A stretch of 64,000 nt of DNA from Eutreptiella sp. 'Long Island Sound 2002' (Eukaryota; Protista; Euglenida), in the NCBI GenBank assembly GCA_964036045.1, contig OZ038378.1:55552001-55616000 (forward strand), written 5' to 3'. Positions 11,450 to 23,949 of the stretch are shown in pieces; position 1 is the stretch's first letter; every line of letters begins with the position of its first letter. A model generated the notes under the pieces. It was not told the DNA's origin. It ran no database searches and worked only from the letters and a program-made list of their open reading frames with translations. Made by a program: the position numbers and the translations under genes.

Positions 11450-13900
11450 GGAGCACGGCAGCTGAGAGGGACGAGCGGGTTGGGAGTAAGTCTCTTCATG
11501 GCTCGCCCTCCCGTGGCGCCGCGTTGGCTACCGCTTGTCATGTGCGGACCCCCCTCCCACCCCCCCCCCCCCCAAGGCGGAGGACCGAGTAAAGTTGGGG
11601 GCCAACAAGCCGGCCTGCCTTCGCGCATTGATAAACCCAGGTCGGTTGGACTGCCGTGGTGACGATGATGATGGCGAGGGTGGTGGGGCGATGACCAAGA
11701 AAGACTCATTCCCTCTGTGGGGGGCGGGGGCGTATGTACCACTCAGGGGCCTGAGTGTCGAGTGTCAGGCGGCGAGGGCCCGCAAAATGGTCGAAAAAAC
11801 TTCTTGCGGTGGGGCGCCGCGTCGCCCTGTTGCGGTGGTGGGGAGACCTCTGGGTAGGGGGGTGGCAGGGGGGCGGGGATGCATCCGTCGCCGGAGAAGG
11901 CCGAGGCAGTGCGGGGACGGGGGCACCATCGTTGGGCGCCTGGGTCGTCGGAGCCGGGGGAGTCGCCCCCCCCCCCCCCCCGCCTGCCCCGTCCCAACAA
12001 GCACGGTGCGCACTCGCATCGTTGCCCACGCTCGTGTGTGCCCGTCGTCGCCGGGGCTGCGCATAACTCGTCAGGAGTGCGAGGGCGCCTTCCTCCCACC
12101 CGAGGCGTTGCGGAGTTGTGCCGCGCCAACCGTCCCTTCGAGGCAAGGCGGGCTTGGTCCAGCCACGCCGATAGGGCCCTCGCCCCCTTCCGCCCCATTT
12201 GCGGAGTCACAACACATGGTCCCGGCCCCGCCGCGGCTGCACCGGTGGGCAGGCCACCGTGGCCGGGCCACAGCGCCCATGTCCCGCATGCCCTACTCGG
12301 CAGCACCGTCTAATAATGTACCGCATGCGATGACATCGGTCACAAGATGGGGCTTCGTGCTCCAAGCAGCGGACCCTCACCGTGCCGTGGCCGTGTGCCA
12401 ACCCTCGGTTTGCCTAAGGGGCCGCCAAGGGGACGCCCTGCGCCGCGGCGAGGGCCGTCGCGCATACGGCGGCAACGCCTTCCCTCCACCGGGGGGGGGG
12501 GGGGGGTAGCTCATGAGGAAGTGTTCCTCGATCGTTGGCCGTAGCCTCGCCGGGGTGCGAAGCCGCTTGAACAACATCTCTTGGCAATGTGCCACCATGT
12601 GTGGTAGCTGCAGCACCATTTCATCCCAGCCCGCGAAGAACAGGTGCAGCCCTTGACAAAGGCACCCGCATAGCGGAAGGAGGGAGTGATACTATTCTGT
12701 GGGCGCCCCCTTCAACAGCCGTCCTGCCGCCCTGTGCGGATGCATCAGTTGCGTCGGGCGGCGCATGAGTTGGGCCCTTGTGCCCAGGGGGAGAGCCCTC
12801 CGAGAGGGACGGCAAGAGCCCCGCGCGTCGGAGACATGCCGGCCATTGCTGGGGTGGGCCGAGGTGGGGCAGGTCCGCCGCCGCGGCCAACAGCCTTGGG
12901 GACCAGTTGTCACGTGCCTCGTGCCCGCGGGCAGTCCCACAGGACGTGTGCTTCTTCCTCATGGGCAGCACCGCATAAAGCCCTCGACCACACACCTGTG
13001 CGGACGTCCAGATGACCCCCGCTAGGAGCCCCCAAGTAGGGAGGCCTCGTTCTCGTTAGACGCCACCCGTAGCACCGCACGGCATGCCGCGCCATCCACG
13101 CCGTCCCCTCGGCTGCCGAACGTGGCCGGCCGGCATGCCTGAAGCTGCCGCGTTGCATGGCAGCGGAGCGTCTCGCGCACGCTGTGTTCGACTGCACGCA
13201 TGGGCTCGTGGACCATGTTGTCTGCCCCGGCACGTCCCTTCACCAGCAACCCTCCCGGTGGTGGCAGCCCAGGGCCCACAGCCTCTGGAGTGCCCAGCCA
13301 ACGGGGCTGTCCGCTGGGGGCTGGGGCCCGCATTCCTATTGCTTACACGAAGACCTGTGTCACCCCAGGGCACTGCGCCACCCGCGCCACCTGAACAATG
13401 TGCTCATAGCGCATGTGGATGACCGGGAAAATGCGCCGGCCTGGCGCCAAGATGGACAGCACAATCTCCTTGGCCCGGGAGAGGTCGGTTGCCCCTGACT
13501 TGGTGTGGATGTGGCCGTGGGCGGCTCGCGGCATACTAAGCCAGTGCTTAGCAAGCGCCTCGAGGCGGGCCGCGGGGCACTCCGCCGCTTACCCCACTTG
13601 CCAGCCTTCCACCGCCGGGCCCGGGCGGTCGGCCCCCTGGTGACTCCCTTGGCCCTGCATGGCGTGGCCCCGGCCCCTGTCACGGACGGCGGCTTGGCCA
13701 AGTTGGAGACGCTAGTCCTCCAGTCGGGGCGCCAGTGGCGGGCCGCAATGGACGGGCTGACTCAGGCTATAAGTGGGGGGGTAGAGGGGGATTTCGGGGA
13801 TGATTTTGGCATCCCCCAACTTGTGTTGCCTTTGCCTTTGCCTTTGTCTTTGGGGGGCACACACCATACTCCCCGAGTACGTCCTTGAGTACGTCCCCAC
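11450..13900 (-). mobile_element. Decayed non-LTR retrotransposon fragment
   Basis: A zf-RVT-like motif ALCGAAHEEEAHVLWDCPRARGTW lies near 12900-12990. The GC-rich coding debris includes KDKGKGKG low complexity. No RT core was seen in this segment. Confidence 0.5.
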
Positions 13901-14190
13901 ACACAATACACAAGCATCAAACCAAAGAACCAAGGGGTGGAAGAAAGGTGGACGAAGGGGCAAGAGCAAGGAGTAGGATGGGCAGGAGGGGAGGGGAAGG
14001 CCCGCCGCCAAGGAGAGGGGGCAGAGGGCAACAGTGGGTGCAGAAGACGGTGGGCAGAGGGAACAGAGGGAAGGGGGCAAGGGGAATGGCGGCGGGCTGG
14101 GGGGTCGGGAACCCGGCACTCCGTGAGTTGGCCTAGGATCGCGGGGCTGTAATTGGCCATCCGTGGCCACGGTAGCTGGGGCTGCCTCCA
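13900..14190 (-). repeat. Repeat H segment (purine-rich tract plus conserved 90-bp CCAAT-containing motif)
   Basis: Aligns with 51230-51435 (gggaatggcggc...ggggtcgggaacccggcactccgtgag). Its last 90 bp also align, inverted, with 5545-5625. Confidence 0.75.
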
Positions 14191-14371
14191 CATATGTTCA
14201 CTAAAGTGGAGATGGCGGAGCAGGGGGGGGGGGGGGGGCTTAGGTGGGTTTGTGGTCCAAGGGGGGACAGTGGGGGGTTAGGGGTTGAGAAAATCCCCGA
14301 CGGGTAGAAATTTTGGTGTACGGGGTTGGGGGCAGACAAGTATCACGGTTGAAAAAAAAAACTTTGTCACC

Positions 14372-14547
14372 TCCAACCCTGACTCAAAGGGCCACACAAC
14401 AAAGCGTGGATTGCGAGTCCCTAACCCCAACTCAAGGGGCCACGCAACAAACCGTGGATTGTGAATCCCTAACCCCAACTCAAGGGGCCACGCAACAAAG
14501 CGTGGATTGAGAGTCCCTAACCCCAACTCAAGGGGCCACGCAACAAG
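14372..14547. repeat. 48-bp minisatellite, about 3.6 copies
   Basis: Unit CCCTAACCCCAACTCAAGGGGCCACGCAACAAAGCGTGGATTGCGAGT starts at about 14372, 14419, 14467 and 14515. Confidence 0.9.
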
Positions 14548-14779
14548 GAGAGTTTTTTTGGTGCCCCCCACCCCCCCTTGGGCGGGCGCGCCATCGGCGT
14601 CCTCGCCCCTGCGATGACAACCGCTTCCACAATGGCAGCACGGTAGGGTGAGTATGGAAGAGACTTAGTCCCAACCTCCTCGTCCTACTTGGTTGCAGAG
14701 GTGAGGGGCATGACAGGGAGGCAAGGCACCAAAACGTACATCAGCCCACCTTCCCGCCTTGTGACCTTCGTACATAGAG

Positions 14780-15330
14780 GCCTATGGACGTTAATCGGAG
14801 ATTGCCCGAAATTGCCAACCCCGACACCGAGGATGGCCGGGGGCCCCCGGACCCCCTGCCTATGGTTGACCAAGGCGCCGGGTACGCTGCGCTGGGTCCG
14901 TCGGGGTACGCCGACGACACCCAGGCAGTGGCCCTTGGGGCAGCGGCGCTCCAAGCCACCACTCCGGCCACAGAAGAGTGGCTACGGGTCACGGGGCAGA
15001 ACGTCCGCATGGACAAGTCCTGCTCTTGGATGCACGGCGAGGAGAGGGCCCCGACGGTACTCCTTCATTGGCAGGCCCTGCCGGTGGCGGACCGCTTCCG
15101 CTAGCTTAAAGGTGCAGGCTGTGAGGGGTAGGCGCACCACTGCCATACCAAGTGCCCCCCCTCCCCCACTCCCCTACCCACCTCCCATTACAGGTGCGCC
15201 AGAGGCTGCCAACACCGCAAGTGGCCAGGTATGCCCCTCCCATAGGCCATGTACGGCTTAGGGTGAAGGGCCCAGAACCCGGCAACTGCAGTTGGCGGAT
15301 GCACAATAGCAACACCTTCATAGTAGTAGC
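14780..15330 (+). pseudogene. Non-LTR reverse transcriptase fragment (domains 5-7 and downstream helix)
   Basis: GYADDTQAVA (YADD), followed by WLRVTGQNVRMDKS and FR*LK, then LPLQVRQRL in another frame. This is typical LINE RT order. Confidence 0.8.
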
Positions 15331-15489
15331 TTAGTCGTCCGCCCCCCTCTCCCCCGGCCATCCGCTCCTCCTGCCCGGCACGTCAGTCGGCGATCCGGCG
15401 GTGCTGTCCTGTTCGTATTTCACTTTCCCCTCCCTCCCTGTGCAGTGGCTAGGCAATATGCAGTAATGGGTGATATAGTGTACATCGGC

Positions 15490-16440
15490 GTTACAACAGC
15501 TTACCTTACATGCTTCCTTACTTTTTCCCAAACAGCAGCGCGAACCTCCCCTAGGCGGGGGAGGAGCCAACACCGTTGTCACGTAGGCGGGGGAGGAGCC
15601 AACACCGTTGTCACGGGGAACCGGGAACCCGTATGCACCCCGCAAGTGGTCCACCCTTCCCTACTCCCCCCCCCCCCCTCCCGGCCTGTGCTCTCGCCTA
15701 CTTAGTGGTCGAGCGGGTAGACCCCTGCGCTGCCCCGGGTTCGAATCTCTCCCTCCCTCCCTCCCTATGCCATACACATACAGTAGCAGGTAGTGTAGGT
15801 AGTGTAGTGTATGGTAGTATAACCACAAGTGACCATGCTTTACCTTGGCACGGGCGGCAACACAAACCATGTGGTGCACAACAGTATTACCACATGGTAC
15901 CATACTTTACCTTTGCACAGGCAGCAGGGCAAACCTCCCCTGAGCGGATGAGGAGTTGACACCGCCGACACGGGGAACCGGGACCCCGTAGGTACTCGGC
16001 ACGTGGTGCTCCCTTCCCTACCCCCCCCGCCCCAGTACAGCACCGCAACAGCCAAAGGGCTTTGAAGCCAACCACCATCTCACACTCCCTATACCCCAAA
16101 CAGCCCCTACAGCTCGCCGACCGTGTGGTCGAGCGGGTAGAACCCTGCGCTGCCGTGTGCAGCCATGGGTGCGAACCCCACCTCTCCTCCCTCCCCCCCT
16201 ATACCATACACAAACAGTAGTAGGTGAAGCAGTAAACAGTAGTATTATCACAGCTTACCACGTTTTACCTTTGCACAGGCTCTCTACCTCTCTCTTTCTT
16301 TCACAGGCTGCAGCAGTGTCCTCCCCCGGGCGATGGGGGGGACTTGACAGCGCCGACATGGGGATCCAGGACCCCGTAGGTTCCCGGCAGGTGGTCTTCC
16401 CTTCCCTGACCCCCCCCTCCTGTGCAGCACTGGGACGAGA
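15490..16440 (+). repeat. Tandem units of about 390 bp (about 2.5 copies) with tRNA-like A/B boxes, SINE-like
   Basis: Repeated blocks (ttacctttgcacaggc, cacggggaaccggga.cccgta, cccttcccta). A box TGGTCGAGCGG at 15706 and 16126. B box GGTTCGAATC at 15738 and degenerate GGTGCGAACC at 16168. Confidence 0.65.
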
Positions 16441-17265
16441 GTACATGACGGTGACTGTCAGCTCCCCTCTCGTGCCGCACTTGCATGCACTTGCATGCAC
16501 AACAGGGCACCGCACAGCTCAGCACCCAGAACCCCAGCACACCATCGGGTCCCAGCATATCCGCACTAAGAGGCGTGTGCCCCGCCCTCCAGCCGCGTGG
16601 CTGCAGGGTGCGTGCGGTGCTCCTATGCCAGGCTTCCCCGAAGCGGCAATCCGTGGGCCCGTAAGGCCCTCTTTGGACTGGGAAGATCAGCCCAAAAGCC
16701 CCCCACTTATAGCAGACCCCTCAGCACTGGCCCGACCTCAGGTCTGACGCCTGTCACTGTTACTGCTGCACAGTGGCCATCCTGTGCGCTCTGCGGGTCT
16801 CTTCCATGACCCCTGACATGGCGTACGAGATCTACTGCATTGCCAGCCCCATCGGACCTGGTTTGGTGTCTGCAGTCAGCCCGCGCTTGGACGCCAGTAC
16901 TCTTCCTGAAGGTGTGTGTCGCTGTCGAGGGCCTCTGCTTTGGAAGGCACCCTGAAGAGCTTGTAAGAGCCAGGGCATGAGCGGCTCATACCCCGTCTTC
17001 AGGAGCATTCACGTGGCATACTCCAGAAGAGGGTTTAATTTTCCTGTTCAAAGCCCTTGTCAGATTGTCTTGTTGGGATGCACGATCATCCCGCAATGAT
17101 TTCTTTGCTCTGTTGCAACTACGAGATACCCCTCTCCCCACACCCGACTGAAGCCCATGCCAGTCCCCATTTTCGGGCCTGGTAATCATGATTTTTTTTT
17201 TTGGGAGGGTTCATTTGCTTTTTTCAGTTTTGAGCCGATTTTTTCCTGTGGGGCGAAAACTGATA

Positions 17266-17287
17266 GCAGCAGCGCAGCAGCAGAAGC

Positions 17288-17362
<75 letters not shown>
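17266..17362. repeat. (CAG)n/(CAA)n compound microsatellite
   Basis: Directly visible. Confidence 0.95.
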
Positions 17363-17364
<2 letters not shown>

Positions 17365-18664
17365 AAACCATTCCAACAGACATCTGACATAGTTGGGCGC
17401 TGTACAACTTCATCACACCCAAAAAATGGGAGGCATGAATCGTCCCCTGTGCCCTATCATTACTAAAGTCAAAGAGAAATTATCCGTTCATCGATTTTTT
17501 ATTGACCTCCAAAAAAAAAGGGTGCATTTCAATGTCCACCGTGTTTGAATGTCCTCAATTATGACAAAGACTAGGGGGCAGTTTGGGGGCTTTCTTTGCA
17601 GCGCGTGCATCCAGAAAACCGTTTCACTCGACTGGGGGTGTTTGTGGCCCAAGGCAGATGGCGCATAGGCCCTATGCCTTGCCTGAAGACCGGCAGTCAG
17701 TCTGCTAGGCCTGCTGAGTCTTCTGCCCTTTGGGACCTTTCTGCCAAGAATTTTACAAACACAACTTTCTTTGGGCACCAAATGTGTTCTTTGGCCGACA
17801 CAAATGGTTCAGCGCTGTGGTTTCATTGGTCTCTGGTGCTGCATTGCGGTGCTCTGCCTACTGTCCGGATCTTTGTGCTCAATGTTCGAATTGGGACGGG
17901 GAGGCAGGGATCAAAGATGTGGAGGAAGGGCCGGGTATATTGAGTGGCGGTGGTGGGGGCTGGGGGGGGGAGTATAGTAAGTGTGAGGCCACTGGCCTAT
18001 TTAGTTCTTGGATGCGACTGCGAAGGGGAAGGGAGAAGGTGAGCGGGTTAGAGCCTGCCTGAAGCCTACCCTAGCCCTGCCCCGCCCACCCCAGTGTATT
18101 GTTGCGCGACGGACGAACTGGTAAGTGTGTGGGGGTTTTATTCAGTGTGTGTATCTCCTGCTCCTGAGGACCTCTTTGGGTGGGTGGGACGGGGCAACTG
18201 AAGATGAGCATCACAAACAGGTGCAGCCAACTCTCTGCTCCATGTGCACTGAGAGGACACAACCTCTGATTTGGCAGAGGTCCAGGTGTTGCTCGTCTTG
18301 TGCGCAGCGCCCAGTTGCATACCCCATTTGCGGCCCGCATTTTGCTCAGTGGTTGGCACCTTCGTCGTGGCTCCCCGGGCCTCAGGCACGCCGTCCCCGA
18401 CCTCCATTTCCATTGAATCCATGGTGTGTTGGTGGTGGGGCACAGGTGCATGTCAGCCAGCTGAGGGGGCTCGAGGGTGGAAGGAGTTCGATAGTGAATC
18501 GGTACTGTCCACTAATGATTGCCATCTGCAGAAGATGGCATCCAGCAGGTGTGGAACAGCACTGCAGGACAAATCACAGGTGGCGTTGAAGTGGAGACAC
18601 GCCCCGTCCCGTCCCTCTAAAACTACATCCATGGGAAGCATCAGCCCACTTTGGAAGGGGTTCG

Positions 18665-19300
18665 TGGTAAAACTTAGTAAACAGTTTTTTGTTTAAATTT
18701 TTCTTTTACTAAGTTTCAAAACTTAGAAAAAAGCCATTTTGTTATTAAATCACCGTAAAGAGGGCTTGTTAGATCAAGCGCAGGCGCGGGCGTCGTATAC
18801 CCCCCCTTTTTGGGGGTCATTTGCATAGCATACCCTAAGGCATGATATTTGATGTCCAACCCCTTGTAAGATCATCATTTTGCCCAATCAAATGATCCCC
18901 CAATGGATTTTTTGATTCTGAGGCTTCTATCCCCTGGATAACTGGATATCACCTTTTTTGGGGGGACATGGCGGGGATCAAAAAAGTTTGTGCTCCGAAG
19001 GGTTTGAACAAGGGGCAGATTGGCCAGCGCATCCGGCGGTCGGCCGGCTGGGATTCGAACCACCAACCTACGCGTCTGCGGGCGGCTGCATTGCCATTCG
19101 ACCATTCCGTGTTCTGACAGTCACTGCTCTCCCCACTGCTTGTGGCCGAGTCTGCCACTGAAAAAAACCCAAACTGTGTGTTTCTGTCTGCCTGCCTGCG
19201 TGCCCGACTGACTGTCGGACTGACTGCTTGCCTGACCAACTGACTGTTGCCTGACTGTCAGCCTCTCTTCGAGGTGCAGTGCTGAAGGCAATAGAATTTT
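18665..19300. repeat. Repeat R1 copy 1 (conserved 200-bp block, tRNA-like core, CTG-rich tract, conserved 36-bp block)
   Basis: The block ttgttagatcaagcgcaggcgcggg...gatgtccaaccccttgtaa...ggattttttgatt recurs at 22526 and 29618. The block ctctcttcgaggtgca.tgc.gaaggcaatagaa recurs at about 23104 and 36237. Confidence 0.85.
19040..19110 (-). ncRNA. tRNA-derived Pol III promoter-like segment in R1 copy 1
   Basis: Minus strand TGGTCGAATGG (A box) ... GGTTCGAATCC (B box) at tRNA-like spacing. No convincing cloverleaf. Confidence 0.55.
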
Positions 19301-19339
19301 TCATCTGTAGGTGGGTTTTTTACTCATTGTTATGATGTG

Positions 19340-19468
19340 TTTATTATTATTGTTGTTGTTGTTGTTGTTATTATTATTATTATTGTTATTATTATTGTTG
19401 TTGTTGTTGTTGTTGCTGTTGTTATTATTGTTATTATTATAATGATGATGATGATGATGATGAGGATG

Positions 19469-19510
<42 letters not shown>
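19340..19510. repeat. (ATT/GTT)n + (GAT)n compound microsatellite
   Basis: Directly visible. Confidence 0.95.
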
Positions 19511-19730
19511 GTGATTTACTTATTGAGTAGAATTTTTTTTTCTACTGAGTAATTTATTTACTAGACAAAAAAAGCCTTTTTACTCGGGAAAACATTTAGT
19601 AGAAAAGTTGTTACTAAGTAAAAAGCGAAATGAAATTTCTTTTGTAACTAGTAAAAAAACTTAGTCAAGAAATTTGGGGTTAAGGACTCCTGTTCCCCGC
19701 TCTGAAGCACTGGGGACCTCCCCCAAACCG

Positions 19731-22202
19731 CTTAGACGGCCCCACTAGGACACCCCAGACTGGCCAAAAAGTGGGCCTTTTGGGGTCTTTTGAAAGCCCA
19801 TTCTGGAGGGTGAAATGGAGGTATGCGGATTGAACAGTAGATGGAATGGTTCTACTGAGCCCTTCGTGGACGTCGCAAAACACAAGTCCATGAGAGTTGA
19901 AATGATGAGGGTTGATTAGAGTGTACCGGTAGCATGCAGCAAAAGGCTGAACGGTGAAGCTGTTGCTCCAGTGTGTGTACCATGGGGCAGCAGATTTTGG
20001 TACCATTTTGGTACAATCGTTTGTGTATTCAACTGGTCGGGTCAATCTCTATGCGTACAACCACACATGCAATGCATGTGCGCTGTCAAGATCCTGACAG
20101 TGAATGATGATAATGTTGAATGGCAATGTGCCGTTGCCTTGTCAGGAACCTGACAGGGTTTTCTTGTCAGGATCCTGACAATGACTAATCATAATGTACA
20201 GGGAGGGGGGGTGCTTCAGAAGACAGTGGAGGGTTGTGGACCAAGGGGTTTGGGAGGGTGTTCCTCTTTTCTTCTCGGGGTTTTTTTCAAGAATTAGATT
20301 TATTAAATCAACGAAACAATCCAGACAAATTGCAAGTATGCCTGTGTGTGTGTGTGCTCCAAAGCAGATAAAGGGGCTAGTTTGCTGATTGCCTTTTGTA
20401 TGGTGCCCGAAAGCAGATAAAGGGGCGAGTTCGTCTTTGATTTGTTGGTGGTGTGTGAAGGGGGGGGGGGGTTGTCGGACATGCCTTTTTGTCTGCCACG
20501 AGTGGGAAATTTTTCATAGGAGATATTGCCTCATATAATCAAAGACAATGAGCTGCAAACATAAGAATATCAATCAGCACCAACTAGCAGTACACAGCAC
20601 CACACAACACCACACAACACCACACAGCACCCTACGCACTACGCAGCAGCACGCGGCATGACAAGACGCCCCAAATAGCGCCCAGAACGATTTCTAAATT
20701 CAACTTTTTTGTAATGTCAAATACACTCCCCTATGAGCCAATTTCAGCAAAAATTGCGAAAATTGTCCATGTTGACCCTTTTTTCACCGGACAATTTATG
20801 CATTTTTTTTTTAGGGAAATGTGCTCATAGTGAGGTGGATTTGGCGTTGCAAAAAAGTTGATTTTAGAAATCGATCTTGCAGGGGTGTATTTGGCGTCAC
20901 AAAAAAGTTGGTCCTAGAAATCAATATTGCAGGGCAAGCTTAGCAACACTTTTACTCCAAACAGCACCTTAGTGAATGTTTCCAATGAACAGCAACATCT
21001 GTACCTTCATATATGGGGCAATATCTGCTATGAACAATTTCTCATGTGTGGTTGTTGGGATGACAAGGATTTTCACCATAGTGTTGATGTTTTATGTCAG
21101 AGTGCCATAGGAACATGCAACTCTGACAGAAGTAGCAATTGAAGCGGATGGAAACAAGACGCACAACAGCAACACACAAAGAAATGCAGTACCTAACCGC
21201 ATCCCAGCTGCTGAACAAATAGAATGGAGGTTGAACGGTACTCAGCAAGTTTGTTGTGTACTCAGTAGTGCGACATCATGTATGATGCTGGTGGTTGCAT
21301 AATGTAAGATCATTAATGGAACAGACCTCTGCTGTCAGGATCCTGACAAGAAACTCAAATTTGAAGCAGATGCCAACATCAACAGACGCAAATGCCAATG
21401 CATTGTTGATGATGTCTTGCACAACGGTCATTGCGCAGAGGAGTACGTGCCCAAGAACAAAGCATATTTCATACTCCGTACTTCTCTTTTTACTGACCAT
21501 TCTTCGAGACATTACGGACAATGTAGTGGCATTTCCATCCAGAGATGCTATCATCTATTTCAGATTTGAGTTTCCTGTCAAGATCCTGACAGCAGAGGTC
21601 TCTTTTGTGGGGTTTTTTTTGCGGGTGCGAGCATAGCATCATACATGGATGGCCTTACCCTTGTGCATGTTGGACGAACTTGCCTGAGCATATTTTCCCT
21701 CGCATTCTTCGTGTTCGTCATATGGGATGCAATGGGGTGTTGTTTTGTCTATGTGATACTGTTGTGCTTCTAATTTCCCTTCTCTACATTGCTACTTCTG
21801 TTAGGTTGCAATGTTCCTGACAGGGGGCTGCAGAGATTGGACAAAAAATGGGACAAATCCTTGTCAGGATCCTCATAGGGACTACGTAGACCACTTTTCG
21901 TTCCCCTTGTATGGTACTTGTACAGAGGTGTGGATATTGGCATCCATCAAAACCCACTCTACCGGTAGTGTTTTGGGCACACGCACGTCTAAATTGCATT
22001 CTACAAGGGATTTTGGAGGTTTTGCCAGACGGTACTTTTCATGAATTTTCAGTGAAAAGTGGATTGACGGTGGGTGATTTCCATGTCCTCAAAAATGTGG
22101 TGCCTAAAACCGCTCTAGGAGGCCTATTTCGGGGGTCTCTTTTTCTTGTCAGGTATGCATCACCCCCCTTGCATTACATACGTCCTAGTTGGGCCGTCTA
22201 AG
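19731..22202. mobile_element. Non-autonomous DNA transposon N1 (CTTAG termini, 5-bp TSD AACCG)
   Basis: TIR CTTAGACGGCCCCACTAGGAC matches the reverse complement of 22182-22202 at 20/21 positions. AACCG lies at 19726-19730 and 22203-22207. The flanks rejoin into one unit of a tandem repeat of about 80 bp whose next unit is at about 22255-22335. Confidence 0.9.
20688..20873. mobile_element. MITE-like fold-back inside N1 (arms of about 51 bp), right arm duplicated at about 20882-20925
   Basis: cgatttctaaattcaacttttttgtaatgtcaaatacactcccctatgagc is about 80% identical to the reverse complement of 20823-20873. Confidence 0.7.
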
Positions 22203-22805
22203 AACCGTAGGGGTTATGTAGCCAATCCACCCAATTGTGGGCCACTACTGATTTTGTCCCCCGCTCCGAAACGTTGGGGATCTCTTCGACGGCAGGGGCG
22301 ATGTAGCCCATCCGGCCAGTTGTAGGCCACTGCTGATTTTGTCCCCCACTTTGTGATTAGTTGGCAGTGGTGTTGGTTGTGGCCCTACCAGGTTCTCTTT
22401 TTGGCATTACACCTGGTTTTGTTCCCATTGCTGCCGCACTAGTGTTGACCATGGCCCTGTTAGGACTCTTTTCTTGAGCTTTAGTATGTTTCTAGTGCCC
22501 CATCCCAATCACCTCGAAGAGAGGTTGTTAGATCAAGCGCAGGCGCGGGCGTCATATACCCCCCTTTTTTGGGGTCATTCGCGTAGCATACCCCAAGGCA
22601 TGATATTGGATGTCCAACCCCTTGTAAAATCATTATTTTGCCCAATAAGAGCATCCCCCAATGGATTTTTTGATTTTGAGGCCTCTACCCCCTAAAACTG
22701 GATATCACTTTTTTGAGGGGGGGTGGGGGGGGTGGGGGTGGGGGGGGGTCAAAAGTTTTTGCTTAATAGGCTACAAGCAGTGGGGACGCACGGTGCTGGT
22801 AGCAC

Positions 22806-22880
22806 GGCCAGCGGTCCAATGGTAACGCAGCCGACGACAGGCGTGTAGGCGTCAGTTCGAATCCTGATCTGCCGACTTTT
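22806..22880 (+). ncRNA. tRNA-like segment (left arm of inverted pair)
   Basis: A box CGGTCCAATGG at 22812. T-arm GTCAG-TTCGAAT-CCTGA. Ends in TTTT. Confidence 0.55.
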
Positions 22881-22907
22881 AGCGCCGCCGCCGGCGGCGG
22901 CGCCAAA

Positions 22908-22978
22908 GTGGGCAGACTGGGGTTCGAACCGCCGACCACACGGATGCCGGTCGGCTGCGCTACCACTCGGCCACTACT
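22908..22978 (-). ncRNA. tRNA-like segment (right arm of inverted pair)
   Basis: Minus strand TGGCCGAGTGG ... GGTTCGAACCC ... ACTTT. Confidence 0.55.
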
Positions 22979-23949
22979 TGGATTTCAGCGAAGGGCCTCC
23001 CTGCTGCTTGGGGCCGCATCTGCCACTGACAAAAAGCCCAAACTGTGTGAATCTGTCTGACTGCCTGCTTGCTGGCTCAGGGAATGATTGGCTGACTGTC
23101 AACCTCTCTTCGAGGTGCACTGCCGAAGGCAATAGAATTATATTGTGTCATCCTTTGTTATATTGGTTGGGTGCCAACGAATAGGTGTGCATGATGGTTT
23201 GTCCCCAGTGGGGCACCACTAACACAAGTGGCTGAGAATCGACGCGGCGTCTTTGTTCCCTGAAACAGCTGTACCACCAACCATCAAAGTGTGGAGTGCT
23301 TGGCCAAAGTGGGCGTGGGGCATGGCAGAACTTGATAAAATTTTGCTAGTTGTACTTGGTAAAAATTAGAATACATTATTAATTTTTTTTAATTTTTTTG
23401 TCTACGAAGTTTTACCTCATTTGTACTAAGTTTTACCACATTTTACTGATTTTTACCTCGTTTGGTACTAAGTCGTACCAAATACCCGTTTGGAAGGTTG
23501 AGTGTGCTAGAATTTCTCGTTATTTCTTTGCTCTTGTGACCATTGTGGTGAATGGTCAACAACATTTCACCCACCCCCACTTGTGTGTCAGCAATTTGCC
23601 CAAATTTTAATGGGGAACTCAAGTATGCCTCCGTCCCCCACCACCACCAAAGCCCAAAGCCCCCACAGGGCCGCTAGGGGTCGGAAACGGCACTTGTGAG
23701 CAGGGAGACAACTATCCCACTTGTTGCAAATCGTCTTCCCCAATAGCATAGGACAAGCAATGCACACCATTTCCCGCACAAAACCGACACCAATGTGTAC
23801 GCCCGGAAGTACCAACCGGCACTACCACCCCAAAGATGAATGTCCTCCTCCCTTCCCATGTGCATCTGGTGACTCGGCACCACCATAAAAACCCTCAGGA
23901 TGGTAGCTAGTAGGATTGAGACCCCACTAGCATAGCCTCCACTACCGAA

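Larger units (their letters stand above)
22509..23140. repeat. Repeat R1 copy 2
   Basis: Same conserved blocks as copy 1. Confidence 0.85.

Noticed and set aside
11535-12509. 324-aa plus-strand ORF as a gene
   Set aside because: It is an Arg/Gly/Pro-rich shadow of minus-strand retroelement debris with no motif.
16945-17005. Hammerhead ribozyme (CTGAAGA core)
   Set aside because: No correctly placed GAAA; the segment is only a short CCTGAAGA/TCTTCAGG inverted repeat.
17157-19552. Poly-Q, poly-T/A, poly-V/I/M ORFs over the microsatellites (and poly-N at about 4290)
   Set aside because: They are open only because trinucleotide repeats lack stops; there is no flanking coding signal.
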